From assembly GCA_900088475.1 (NCBI GenBank), contig FLMG01003894.1, forward strand, positions 10,270 to 74,269: DNA of 64,000 nucleotides. The letters are read 5' to 3'. The notes beneath the pieces are model-generated. The model had not been told where the DNA came from and did not search any database. It was given only the letters and a program-made list of their open reading frames with translations. The position numbers and the translations under genes were made by a program. Numbering within the stretch: the stretch's first letter is position 1; each line of letters starts with the position of its first letter. This stretch comes from Hyphochytrium catenoides. Taxonomy: Eukaryota > Protista > Hyphochytriomycota. Shown piece after piece: positions 49,510 through 62,573 of the stretch.

Positions 49510-52500
49510 GAGGAAGCAGTAGTCTCTTCTTGGCACGGAGTAAAGAGCATCAATACTGCTGCTTCTTCTTCCCACTGCCCTTGTACAAGGGGAAGTGACA
49601 GACTCCTTCCAGAACCTCTATCAAAGAAGCTTCTTGTGAATCCTTCCTTCTCCCCCGACGATGCTATTTCCCCCTGCTCCTTCCTCCCCGCTATCCTCCT
49701 TCTCCAGCGGTGGTACCTTGCCGGGTAGCCCCGATGACGCTTTCTCCGATGATGTTCGTGTTTCCTTCTTCTTCCATTGGGACTGGACGATGTCTCTGAA
49801 GAGCTCAGCGTGTGTCCCTCTGCCCTCTGCTGCTCACGGCTGGACGACTACTGGGCGAGGCTGCCATTTGTATCTTCATCCTCCGTAGCCGCGAGGCCCA
49901 GCTCCTCCTCCTCCTCATACAGCACCAGGCACCAGGGCTTCACAGCACCTGCTCCGCCCCCGCCGTGTCGTCCAAGCAGATGGATGATGTTCTCTGACAA
50001 ACACACAACAAATACAAGTACCCACCATAAGTACCTGAGAGACCTAAGGACTTGGACCTTGAACAAGTACAATCCGCGCCGCCCCATAATGACTGACAAG
50101 CTGACCAGTGCTGCCCCGCCGCCCGCCACACACTGCTGTGGGAGGAGGAGGAGGGAAGAAGAAAGAATCGCCACAAAAACTTACGAAGAGCTTGCTGCCC
50201 GGAAGCACCACTTCCCAAACCTCTTCCCGTTGACGACACGACTAATGTTTAGAAAGCATTAGTCTACAGTCCGGACTGCCTAGAGATGGTAAAAAAGTAG
50301 AGTAGCAGTTTCGGTTCTAATAACTCTTGGTGCCGCATAGTAGTGATGAGCCATTCTTGATGGTTCAGCCTCCTCATTTTTCCGTGTTGACTTCTGCTGC
50401 TAGCTTCCTCCAGCAGGTAGCAGCAGTCGTGGTGCTACAGGTCGTGTCGTCCATCATCAGAGAGCAGCAGAAAGCGTCGTCTTCTTGGTGAAGATGATCG
50501 CTGCTGCTGCTTCTTCTCGGACTGACTTCCCAGCTTCTATCGCAAATCGGTCGTTAGACACCCGCTATTTCAGTCTTCTTCTTCTTCCTGCATTGCTTTC
50601 ATTCTATTTCCTATCCTTGACCCTATCTCGCGCCCTCATACCCCACCGCAGCACCATCTAACCGAGAGCAGATGATCTGGAGGAAGCCGCGGCGCTCTAA
50701 TGTGAACACCGACTATTATCATATCCATACCTACAGCAGCATCATCATCCCTATAATAGTAGTAACGTGTGATGAACCTCTAGAAGACGCCTACTCTGCA
50801 GCTCCTTCTTTGATGATAAGGTCAGAGAGAGAGAGAATAATGATGAAGGTTTCTGGTACGTGGGAGGGCTTCATCTTCTAGTTCCTGAGGTGCTCCTTAC
50901 TTCCCAACCTCCTTTGTTGTTGTTGTTAGTAGTCTTTCTTCGCTCACCCTCCTCGCTTTGCCATCATCATGAACCTAGCTGCTCGTTGCGTCTCCTCCTC
51001 CGCAATCTCTATCGTTCAGTTCCGCTTCTTTCGTTGCTATTCGTAATAATGGCATCTCTTACCTCACTCTACCACCGATGATGTCATCCTCTTCTCTCAC
51101 GAGCGATCAACGCCTTTACTTGTTTGTTACGACCTCTCTTCTCCCAGCTCACAGTAGTAACCGCCGCCCTGGCTCGCTTTTACTCTATAATGGCTGCCAT
51201 TGTCATTTCTCCTCGATCATCTGCTGCCGCCAAAGCTATAAGTGTCCATTATTGGTATTCACTCATGTGGTGGCTTGTAATATAAGAAGACTAGGGACGG
51301 GTCCTGAGGGAGAAGAATGAGAAGAAGAAGGTCCTTTGTCTGTACCTTGGCTGGCCAGGCCTCTCTACAGACAAGCTGAGGAGGAAGACTTAGCGGGAAC
51401 GCGGTGCGCAAGTAACAAAATGCCTTCTACTTCAGAGAGAAGTTTTATTAATTGAAATATGATAGTGTAGGAGTGTAACAAGGTGGGAGTCTCCCTTGGG
51501 AGAGTCATTCAGTCTACCTGATAATGTAAAGATAGAAGTAGTTACATGCAAGAAAGATTAATCCAGAAGAGGTTATCCAAGAAACACGCAAAGGGGAAGA
51601 AGAGAGCAAAAAAGGAAAAGAATGAGAGTATCCGTCGTCAAAGCGATCCGTTGCGTACTCTAGTCACGACTGCTGCCTGTCCTGAGAGTACTTCATCATC
51701 CCATACACCCGCCGATCCTCCGTGTCATCCAGGGCGCAATCAGGTTGTGGTTAGCAGCTGTCAGAGAAACACGCACACAGGTAAAATCATGACTCTATAC
51801 TTAGCGTTTGAGACCTGGGAGCAGGAGAGCTTCCTCCTGGGCGGCGCCGGCTCAGCTCGTAACGTACTACCCCTAGTAGTTGCCCGGCGGCACCGAGGAA
51901 GCTTGAAAAGAACGCTCTAACGCCGATATGCGAGTAGTAGAGACTGCCCAATATTGAAAGTGAGATTGCAGAAGAAAGACTAACGTGGAGAGCGCCGGGA
52001 ATGCCTATTTCTTTCTTGATGCACTCCTCCATGATGATGATGCAAGATCCAGATTACTACCAGCTAAACATGGAAAACATGCAATCAGGAGTGCCGCCAT
52101 CTCTTTAAACCACTTCTTATTACGGAGGATGTGGCCCTTGACTACTACTTTACTACTTGGCGAGGACACATAAGAGACTGCCGTCCTTGGCAAGAAGCAA
52201 AAAACCTACTACATCTTGTCAAGCCGTCAATTCCTGCATAACAAGAAGCTCAGAGCCAAGCGCTTGACGGAGGTCGTTAAAAATGAGTAGGGCTACTTCT
52301 TCACCACCACCATAATTCAGAACAAATTTACCTGCTTCAGACTGCCAGTTTGACCATCACAAGAAAGGATAACAGAGTCATGACACGAGACCTTGCCCTC
52401 TCAGAAAAAGAGACGCTAAAGCAGATATGGACGAGCCTGGATCGCCTAAAGATAGTGAAGAGGTGAGATTACAGTTAGTGTGCGGCGAGGGGAAATCTCT

Positions 52501-53771
52501 ATCCCTTTCCTCGTCCATGCAAGACATCAGGAACTAGACTCCCACGCTTAGCTGAATATCTCTTTTAGAAGAAAGGACGCCATCAAGAGTCCCATATGTA
52601 GAAAAGAAGCATACCCCATAAGGGATGTGACGGTTAATAACCTGATAACACCTTACCGCCAAACATGAACGAAGAAGACAACAAAGGATTCTACTGTTGT
52701 ATGTAAGGCTGGTGATGAGGGGTTCGAGGAGATTGTCTAGATTGACACCGGCGCCGCCTTAATAAGTGGTTCGTGGAGTTATTTTACTGCGAGTCCGAAG
52801 GGGGAATCTCACTTTCAGCCCGCGCAGAACGATCCGCCTCTCTATTTTTTTCTATTTTTCGTGTTGGTGTGAGTCTATCTTGTCTTCAGGTTTTTACTCC
52901 CATCTTCTCATTAACACGAGATGATTGATAGGCTACTACTAGAACAAGAAGAAGTAAAAGAAGCAAAAAGAAGTAGGAGAAAGAGGAGAAGAGGAGAAAG
53001 AAGAAGAAGAAGAAGAAGAAGAGACAAAAAAGAGGTAAAACGCCTTGGTCTCGTCCTCAGCTCGATCTCATCCACGCTCATCATCAGTAAAGGAAGAATC
53101 ATAGTCGAGCTCCTCAGTAGTAATGCTTTTTATTGATGGCTGTATGGGTGGTGAGGCTTTGTCAGCTTCCGCTCTCAACACCTCCCCGGAGGTCCAGCCT
53201 CCTCAAGTGTCCTTCGGCCTCTGCGTTGTTCTCCCCGGAAGGTAGACTTTGTCTTACGCAAGTAGAGGGGACAATCCCGAGTTCTGGAAGCAGTTCTCGG
53301 AACTGAGGGGCAGGTAACGCCTTTCTTGTCCCGGTTTGTCCAGTCATAGCACTGGACAAAGTCTTCACTTACGATGCTTTCGGACGTCTGCCTCTTGGAG
53401 GGTCGTGTGCTGATCTTCCTCCTTCTTGGGCCTGTTGCTCTCTCAGAAGGACTGGGAGGAGGAGGAGGAGAATCACTTGTTTGTAGAGCCGTCTACCTCC
53501 TCAGTAGTAGCTCATACTGTTGGAGCCTGGGTGGTGCTTAGTGGTGTGTGGAACGTCCACTTGCCTAGGTCTTTGATCTCTCCTGCGACTTCATCCATCC
53601 ACATGGCGCGGTAAAGGTTAGGGCCGGTGTTGTCCTCAATAATAGGAAGAGGAGGACTTCCTCCCCAAAGAAGGTGGTGGTGACGGCGTTGGGCATGGTT
53701 GAATTGTTCGCTCCTTATTAAAAAATGTTAGACTTGTTGCTTTCTGATCAAGCAGAAGAATGAGGTCTCTC

Positions 53772-54419
53772 CTACTGCTGATGGTAAGGGTGAGTGCGCC
53801 TCATACGACACAGTCTCCTCTGAAGGTACTTCTCTAGCTCCTCCTTCCACTTCTTATCAAAGTACATATAGTTGACGCTGATCATCTCCTCCATAGTAGG
53901 AAGAGAGTCGAGGATGGATTGAATCAAGTCAGAGAGTTCCACGAGCCGGTCCAGAAGCGGCACCTTGAATTTTCGGATGTCATTGGGGTTGAACCTGATA
54001 ACGATTGTGGGTTTCTCGAGGAGGAGGTAGACCAGGTTTATGAACCGCTCAGCTTGGGCTGCTGGCTGCCACATCACATGTTTTTTTGGAAGCCTGCACC
54101 GTGGCGGACGATGTTGGTGCTCGTCACACTCCACAACCAGTGCAAATGTAGGCGTGTCCAGAAATGCACCCACCTCAGTAAGAGGCTGAGACCTGGGCCT
54201 GAGATGATAAGTCTTCCTTGAGCTAGATGATGTGCCTGGTTGTCCGATGCAAGAACAATTACATCCCTCAAAGGCGTTTTGCAAGTGAAGATGTAGGTTG
54301 CTGCCTAGTGTCGTCATCCAGTGGTCATCACTCGTATGGAGATTATAGGGTTGATTGTGGGCACTATATGACCTAAGGCTGGCCTTGACTGCATCGTTGT
54401 CAAGTAGAAAATGTAGCAA
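53772..54419 (-). pseudogene. Intronless ORF resembling the restriction-fold endonucleases of large DNA viruses (VE(C/V)DExQH ... IRFNP); probably decaying
   Basis: FLDTPTFALVVECDEHQH, PTIVIRFNPND, RLVELSDLI, VNYMYFD. No ATG at the ORF start; upstream ATG GCA AAA GAG is followed by in-frame TAG TGA. Confidence 0.62.
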
Positions 54420-54738
54420 AGATAGTCACTACTCTTTTGCCATCCAAAGGTGAAGTCGAAGCCTTTTGTCCCTTGTTATGGTCTGCTGCGGAAGCCCGTC
54501 AGACACTGATAGAAACGAAAAAGAACGGCGGAGCAAACATCCCAACAAGCAAGGCCGCTAACCCGGTCGTTATACCGTGGATGAAAAGGGTAGGGTTTAA
54601 CAAGAGGCGGCTTCCGTTATAACCCACTCTACAAAGAGTAAGTACCTCCGACGTGCTCTTACTCTGCCTTCCTTTCTCTCTCCAATACCCTCTAACTTCT
54701 GTCTCCTATACCTCTTTCTTTTGTTTTACGTTTCACCG

Positions 54739-57700
54739 CTAGCTCTTGCTCCTCGCTGAGTTCAACCGATGTGGCACTACTGAGGGATTGCTAGCAGATC
54801 TGGTGGTCAGGGGACCGGAGGCAAGAATCTCATCCTCAAGAGACATTACAGCGGTAGCAGCTGGCAGAGTGAGAACAAGCGATGGAGACGAAGCCGGTGG
54901 CAGATTGTGCATCTGTTGCTTCAGCTGTTGGACCGCGCGGGACTCCGATTGCAGAATCCGGATGTAGTCGTTGCCTACGGATCGATAGAGAAAGGTCGAT
55001 GAGCATTAGCCAAGGACTGGAGTTTGGGTAGCTTGCTTTTGGGAAGAAGAAGATATCCGCAGTCGAGAAGAGAGAGAACAGAGCCTTGATCGTCTGTTGA
55101 AGCCAGAATAGAAGATATGCAGTAAAGAGAGTGAGAGGAGGTGGGAAAAGGAAAGGGAGAGAGAAACAGCAAAAGAGAGAGAAAGATTGCAATTTTACCC
55201 TTATACGAGAGAGTGTCGTTGGTCTTCTCTTCCAGTTCGGTCAGATTCGAAAAGAGAATAATCGAAAGCCTCTCTGCCAAGGACTGCACCCAAATCTTCT
55301 TCGCTGATCCAGACGAGAGAGGAGGGCGATACACCTTCAAGGATTGCAGGTAATCGATGCAGTGTGGAGATAGAGCCAGCTCCGACTCCTTCGATAGCCC
55401 ACTTTCTACCTTCTTTATCGCCTGGGGCGGAAAGGAGAAAAACCTTTAGTGTGAGAAAGGGGAGTATAAGAAAGGGACAGAGAGAGAGGGTGGGAGCTTT
55501 ATGGAAAATGAAGGATCATGAGGAAGGGGTACGAATGAGAGGAAACGAAATAGTACAAATTAGTGCGGGGCTGATAGGAGTATGTGATCGGAATAAGAGA
55601 CTACGCAGAAAGTATCGAAAGAGAGAGATGTCAGAAAGAGAGAGAAAGAGAGATAGAAAGAATAGAGACGCCAACCTGGAGAAGCCTCTCTCTCGTGACC
55701 ACCATCTCTGCTGCCTTCTCCCAGAGTTCCACGCTCTTCCTTAGGCTGGCCGCGGCATCTTTTTGACAATACTTCTCCACAAAAGCGAGTTTCTGCTTAA
55801 AGGAGCATCTGCAGAGAGTAGATGAAGGGCAACGGGAAAGATGTAGCGAGGTCAGGGAGACCTGGTGAGATATGAAATAAATGACCTGGACGTCCGCTCC
55901 AGACACAAAGGGAAAAGAGAAAGAAGAGAGAGAACACAGACAGAGAGAGAGTGAATTACGGACAGAGAGAGTAGGGAAGGGAAGAAGTAAAGAATGTGAA
56001 GCAAAACTAAAATGAAGAGCAAAGAGGCGAAGAGCGAGAATGTGAAATCGGGGAAGAAAAAAGTGAGAGGCATTGGGTGGAAGTTAGAGGGCCAGAATCA
56101 GCTTAAACATCTACCTGAAGCTTCTCCCAGAGAGCCTCCAGTCGAGGCTGGAGAGATGACTGTTCGATCTGCAAGGAGGAGACAGAGCCCCGGCGGGGAG
56201 AGCCTACCAAGTCGGGGATTGAAATTAGAAAACTGAGGCTCGATGGGTGAACAAGACGAAAGAAGAGAGTGAACAAGACGAAAGAGAGAGAGTGACCACA
56301 CGATCAAGCAATGAGAAGCGGGGAAAAGGAGAAGAGAACTTGAGGAAAAAGTCGCCTCCACGAACCAGAGAGGTAAGCAAGGGTATAGAGACAAAGAGGG
56401 GAAGAGAGAAAGAAAGCGGCGATATCACTGACCACCTGTAGAGTTTCCTATCTGATGCCTTGGACTGGCCGCACTGTAGCAGACAGAGGCCGGAGCTCTT
56501 GCTCCATCGGCGGAGAGATCCTCCACGGGCTGACGGAAGAGAGAAGAGTTTTTTGTCTCCCTTGTTTCTCTTTGAGGCAGACTGCTTTCTTCTCCTTCTT
56601 TTTCTCGTTGAGAAACTTCTTGCTGTTCCCTCGACATGGTCGAAGGGTTGTCAGGCTTGCTACTGGAAGTCCCTTGAGCTTTGTTTCTCTCCTCTCTTCT
56701 CTTCTCTCCCTGTGGAACGATCGGGAAACGGTAAGAAGAGTCAGCGGCTTTACGACTCGTATCTCTCTCTGGTCTATGCCTACCATTAACTCCTCTCTCC
56801 TTTTCTCTTCTCTCTCTCTTCAACTCTCTGCTCGATGCCTCTCCCTGCTGCCAGTTTCACCCTTTCTATCCTTGAAGTGAAGAAGTTCCTCACTCCCTGG
56901 CTTATATCTTCTAGTCCTTTGTTAGCCAATAGAGCTTCTTCGATTCCTCTTCCTTGTGGCAAGCTTTTTCTTCTCTGTCTCTGTCTCTGTCTTTCTCTCT
57001 CTCTCTGTCTCCTCCCACCCTCTCTCTCCATCCCTCTCTCTTTCTCTCCATCCCTCTCTCTCTCTCTCCATCCCTCTCTCTCTCTGTCAATCCCTCTCTC
57101 CCTCTCCATCCCCTCTCTCTCTCTCTCTCTCTCTCTCCATCCTTTTTTCTCTCTCTTTCTTTCTCTCTCGTTCTTCCTCTCTCTCTCTCTCTGTGTGTCT
57201 CTCTCTTTCTCTCTCCTTCGTTTTGGTGTGTGCGTCTCTCTCTGCGCGCCTCTTCGTTTCCTATCTCTCTCACTTTTCCCCCCACCTCTCTCTTTCTCTC
57301 TCTCACTCTCCCGTTTGTCTTCAGTTTCACCAAATTTCTCCCTGAAACACCCAGACCACCACATTCTTCATGGTTCTGTTGGTGCTGCCGCGCCCTGCCC
57401 CTTCCCTTGCAATCTCTCTTTGGTTATGATGTTTACCTTGCTAAAGTCAATCTTCGTTCTCTGCGCAGTCCCAAGAGCTCTAATTCTTGTTGCTTCACTC
57501 ACTGTCTGCTGCTCTTTTATCTGTCTCTCTCCTTCCTTACTCCTGCAGGTCAGACCTTTAGCAGACGGGATTATTTGATTGAACCTTCGAGTTTACCTCT
57601 CCGCCATTCTTTCCTCTTCTTCTCTCTTCCTCAAAGATGGCTCATTCCCCTCAACTGCTTCCTCGTCAGCCCCTGTTCCCTATACAGCAATAGGAGGAGA

Positions 57701-59270
57701 AGAACGGAGAGAGAGAGAGAGAGAAGAAGAAGAAGGTAAAGAGAGAGACACATAAGATGAGAAGTTTGCTCAGAAGGTAGGTCTACCCCTCTCTGTCTCT
57801 ATCTGTGGTACCCTCTTCCATCTGATACTCTCTCTGTACTTGCTGTCGCCTCTCTCACTCATTTCTTTATTCCTCCTCGATTTATTACTCCCGGGAAGAG
57901 AATAGCTCCACCTATCTCTCTCCTTTTCCCCTCACCTCACCCATCTCTCTCTCTTTGACCTACAATCTTTTCCACCTCTCCCTCTATATATATCTAGTTC
58001 TCTCTCCCTCTGTCTCTCTCTTTGTCTCTTTCCCTCTCTCTCCACCCCCCTTTACCTTAGCAACTTCTCTCTCCTTATCTAGGATGGCGATCATACTCTC
58101 TCGAGTCAGTTGATTCTGCAAATCTTCAGACATACTCAGCATCGCCGCACGGCCGAGGACGGAGTGCCTAGAGGTACAAATGTGAGAGGAAAGAGAAGAG
58201 AGAAGAAGGTAAAGAGAAATAGTAGGGTGAGGCTTAGGAGAAGTTGACAACAAGGCAACCTATCAGCCACACGGAGAGACAGAGAGCAAGAGAGAGAGGA
58301 GAGAGAGAAGAAAAAAAAGAGAGAGAGAGAGAGANNNNNNNNNNNNNNNNNNNNNNNNNNNNNNNNGAGAGAGAGAGAGAGAGAGAGAGAGAAAGCAAGA
58401 AGGAGGCACAGATAGAGTGAGAGAATAGCGGAGAGCTGATAGAGGAACACACTTGAACATAGATTGTAATGAACGGTGAAGAGGAGGTAGGGAGAGGGGG
58501 AGAGGGACAAGCAGAAGAGAAGGAGATAGAGAAATAAACTGCTCAGGTTCTCATACTTTGGCGCTCCTTGGGCTTCTGCTTGCAGTTCTTGAAGAACCTC
58601 ATCTTGGATGTCCCCAACTTTGATGCTTGCGTTTGGAGAGACAAGAATTTGATAACCAGTGGAAATTGAGGCGCACGCCATAGAGCGCAGACGAGAGATA
58701 GGGCAAAGGACAGACGAAGAGAAGGAGAGAGAAATTGTGAGGGGAGAGAAGGAGGGAGAAGAGAAGAGACGAGAGCCATCTGCAGTTAGCGAGAGAAAGG
58801 GAAAGCACTGTACGCAAAAGAGAACATCACATCAGAGGGAAGAAACAGCGATGGCAGAAAGGTAGATAAGGACTGACAGGACGATGACAGAGAGAGAGAA
58901 AGAGAAAGAGGAATTCAAGTGTGAAAGAACATGGAGAAGCCACCTTCTCTGCATCTCCACGAGAAGCATGGCCAGGATTCTGGCAGCATTGGCTTCCCCT
59001 TGGAAGACTCCTCTCTTTTCTATCTCTCTCTTCTTACGGCTCACCCGTCGAAGCACTTCCTCCAACAGAAGATCGATTCTGTCTTGTACTCGCGCTTTCA
59101 TCTCCTCTTTCTATTAGAAAGAAAGAGCAGGAGGAAATGAAAGGTGAGAGGAGATAGAGAGAGAAGAAGATGAGTCAGCTCAGAAATGAGTTGGAGACCG
59201 AATCGAACTAGCTGCTAGGAACGTCTCCTCTTGTCAACTGACCTTTCTCCGTCCTTCTCTCTCTCTCTCT

Positions 59271-59303
<33 letters not shown>

Positions 59304-59894
59304 GCTTTTTCTCTCTCTCCCTCTTTTTCGGTTGCTGTTTTTCTCTCTCTCTCTTTTTGTGAGTATGTGTCACATTCTCTCTCCGTTCCACACCAGGATA
59401 AAGAACTAGCTGCCAGGACATCTCCATCGTCACTGTCCACTCTTTGCTCAACTTTCTTTTTCCTTCTTTCTTTCTTTCTCTCTTTTTCTCCCTCTCTCTC
59501 TTTCTCTCTCTGTGTCTCTCTCTCCGTGTGTCTCTCTCTCTCTTCCCTCTTCCTCCCCATTTCCGGCACATGCCTGTGTCTTGTCTAAGGAGGAATAGAA
59601 CTTCTGCAGGTCAGGCCGAACGACTTCTCGCTGTGCGGCTTTCAAAATCTGCGCCTGCATTTTGTTAGCAATTACAAGGCGCATCAGTGCCTCTGTCTCG
59701 CTCCTCCCTTGCTCCTCGCTGCCTGTCTCTCTCTCTTTCTCTCTCTTCGCCTCCCCTTTCTCCTTGCCAGAGTTTGAACTCCTTGAGAGACGGGTGCTGA
59801 AGAAGAGAAGACATCGGATAGAGAGAATGCCTGCTCGACGTTCTCTAATTCTTCTTACAAAGAAAGAACGGAGAGGGTGAGAGAAGAGAGACAG

Positions 59895-59949
<55 letters not shown>

Positions 59950-60426
59950 GGTAAACATATCGATGGGAGCAGAGCAAGCAGATGAGAAACAAGCATAGGA
60001 AGATCACTAAGGAGATGTTGGTCTGGTAGAAGAGAAGTAAAGGTACAGGGAGACGGGAGGGAAGAGGAGAGAGAGATTGTGCCAGAAGTTAACGGAGAGT
60101 CTCAGGACAGATGGCGAGAGCGCTGGCGAGGGAGAGAGTCATTGTGACAGTTAGGACGGGGCCATAGAGACTCAGGGAGAGGAGAGAAAGGTGAGAAGAC
60201 AGAGGTCGGGAGGGATAGGCTTAGAGGTGGAAGCTTTACCGGCTAGATGGTCAGTGGCGGTCTTGAGCAGAGATGCTCTCTAGGAAGTAGGAGCAAAAAA
60301 TAGAGAGAGATGTATGAGACAATGTCATCGAGGCACTAATGAGCAAAGAAAGAGCGAGTCGAGATCCCCCTTCCCAGGAGGAGCAAGTTAAGGGAAGCAA
60401 TGGGCGTAGTGAGAGACACATGGTTG

Positions 60427-60465
<39 letters not shown>

Positions 60466-60492
60466 CGAGAGAGAGAGGGGGGGAGAGAGAGA

Positions 60493-60534
<42 letters not shown>

Positions 60535-60953
60535 CCGACCGAGAGAGCAAAACAAAGACAGATTTCTGAGACCCTTAAAAGAGAAAGCGGCCCAGATTGG
60601 AAAAGAAGGGAGCCAACTTCCTCAAAGACACTTCAAGACAGTAGGAGAGAGAGAGAGAGAGAGAGAAGAGGGTAAAAGGAACAGAGACGTATTTGGGGAA
60701 GGAAGTCAGGGAGTGAGTGGGGAGAGAGAGAGAGACAAGAGAGAGAAAAATCAAAGAGTCTTACAACGACTTTGGCTGGCTGTTTGACAGGTTTAAGGTC
60801 TGAAGTCTGTCTGCTGTCGAGCTGAGAGGTGAGCGTTGAAGTCGCAAGCCGAACATCCGCCAATCTTCTCTCCCTTGCGAGAGCTTCCTGGTCGATAGCG
60901 TCAGACGGAGAGAGAGAGAGAGACGACAAGAGCTCTACTTCTGTCTCCTCCAT
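54739..60953 (-). CDS. Multi-exon coiled-coil protein with a CCDC87-like C-terminus; introns rich in GA/CT microsatellites
   Basis: Exons include MEETEVELLSS..., MKARVQDRIDLLLEEVLRRV, KQKLAFVEKY..LWEKAAEMVVTRERLL, ELEEKTNDTLSYK/GNDYIRIL, which resembles the CCDC87 C-terminal pattern. Exon chain only partly resolved and crosses an N gap. Confidence 0.45.
56950..57310. repeat. Long compound (CT)n microsatellite
   Basis: About 360 bp of CT, CTGT and CCATCCCT units. It produces spurious ER/LS ORFs. Confidence 0.9.
58335..58365. other. Assembly gap within a (GA)n tract
   Basis: Run of n flanked by GA repeats. Confidence 0.95.
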
Positions 60954-61607
60954 GATAAAGCAAGAAAGAGAGTAGTGAGAGGATGTGCGAGAGTAACGAA
61001 AAGGGAGATGACTGTCAAGAAGACAGAGTTTGCGTGCGACATGGGTACATACTTCGAACAAGAGGAAGTAGCACGGAATGGAATCGTGAAAGAAAGAGAC
61101 AGGAAGACACACGCCAGAAAGACAGCACCAGATAGAGAGAGAAGAAGGAGAAAGTAAGAGTGAAAGGAAGGTTTTGAGAGCACAAGCAGGAAAAAGCTCA
61201 ATCGAATGGTTATGGCACAAGTTCTGACTACCAGACAGAGAGCTCTAAGATGACAGAGGCAGAGAGAGAAAGAAAGAGAGAGCGATATTTTATATACATA
61301 GAGAGAGAAAGAGAGAAATGTAGATCGCCCGCTTTGTTGCTAAGCAATAAAGAAAGCTGAATTGTTGTGAGAGAGAGGCAGAGGCAGGATACTGGCGAGG
61401 ACACGATGCCTGACAGAGCCTGGCGCGAGAGAAACCTTTATGTCAGGAGCCATCAAGGTCATCATTGAATTCAGGACAACACGGACCAAACAAGGAGAGG
61501 AGAAGGTGAGCGAAAACTGGAGACGGACAGAGCTGAAGAAGAGATACTGCGTAAACAAAAGCCGGGAAAGGGGGAGAGAGAGAGAGAGTGAGAGAGAGAG
61601 AGAGAGG

Positions 61608-61629
61608 NNNNNNNNNNNNNNNNNNNNNN
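61608..61629. other. Assembly gap within a (GA)n tract
   Basis: Run of n flanked by GA repeats. Confidence 0.95.
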
Positions 61630-62573
61630 AGAGAGAGAGAGAGAGGGCGGAAAGAGAGAGAGAGAGTGAGAGAGAGAGAGGGAAAGAGAGAGAGAGAGGA
61701 AAAGAGAGAGAGTAGTGTATAGAACTAAATGTTTAGGAGGAGAAAGTGAACAGAAAAAAGGAGACTTGTGCCAAGGTTCCGGGGGGATTACTGAAATGGG
61801 CGTTACAATCCATCAGCCCAGGCTCCTCCTGGATTAGAAGCGAGTGCTAAGAGTGGAGTGACAAGGCCAGCTCAGGACAACCTAATATTCCCGCCGATAC
61901 CTCACCTTTCCTTCTGCTCATGAAGCAGATGACAAAGATTCTATAAGCCTCTGGCTGGGAGCTCTCACTGGTGTTTAACATTACTGGCCTGGGAGCTTTC
62001 CTTGCCGCTCGGCTGTTCAAGCGAGATGTGGCTTTTGACCGCAATGAGTACTCAAACGACCTCGCCTGAATGTACTCGAGTACATCCTTGAAAGCCTCCG
62101 GCCGGCTTGCTTCCCTTCGTTCATCACCGCCCTGTCCTCGTCTGGACCGGCTGATACGCTGGTTATCCTTGGCTGTCTCTCCTTTCCCCGTCCTCCCCCT
62201 CCCACCCTTTCACTGTAACCGGCCGATTTCCTACTCCCTTTCTCTGTTGACTCCCCACCAGGGCTCGCCCTAAAGCTCGGCAGTTAGAAAGTAAAATTAG
62301 TTAAGGTCGCGGTAGCGTCTGGGCGGTACTAGCGTATGTCTGACAGGACACATGTAATTTCTCAGTCACAAGCTTCTTTGATCTGCTCTTACTGATACTG
62401 CTGGCGGATTCGGCCTGGTTGGCCCTAGTAATCGCTGAGTCAGGAGGGGAATCATCCATGTCCCAGGCCTAGCTCCCAGTGTATCAGGTAACTTAGCAGC
62501 CATCGCTCAGTCATAGGACGATAAGGAACAGACTTTTGCGCTCATACACACGTGTTCTTGCGTTAGTTAGTTC

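Noticed and set aside
43000-54600. Many in-frame stops suggesting an alternative genetic code or readthrough
   Set aside because: Stops and frameshifts are confined to transposon and viral-like relics. Conserved host genes use the standard code and end in TAA, TAG or TGA.
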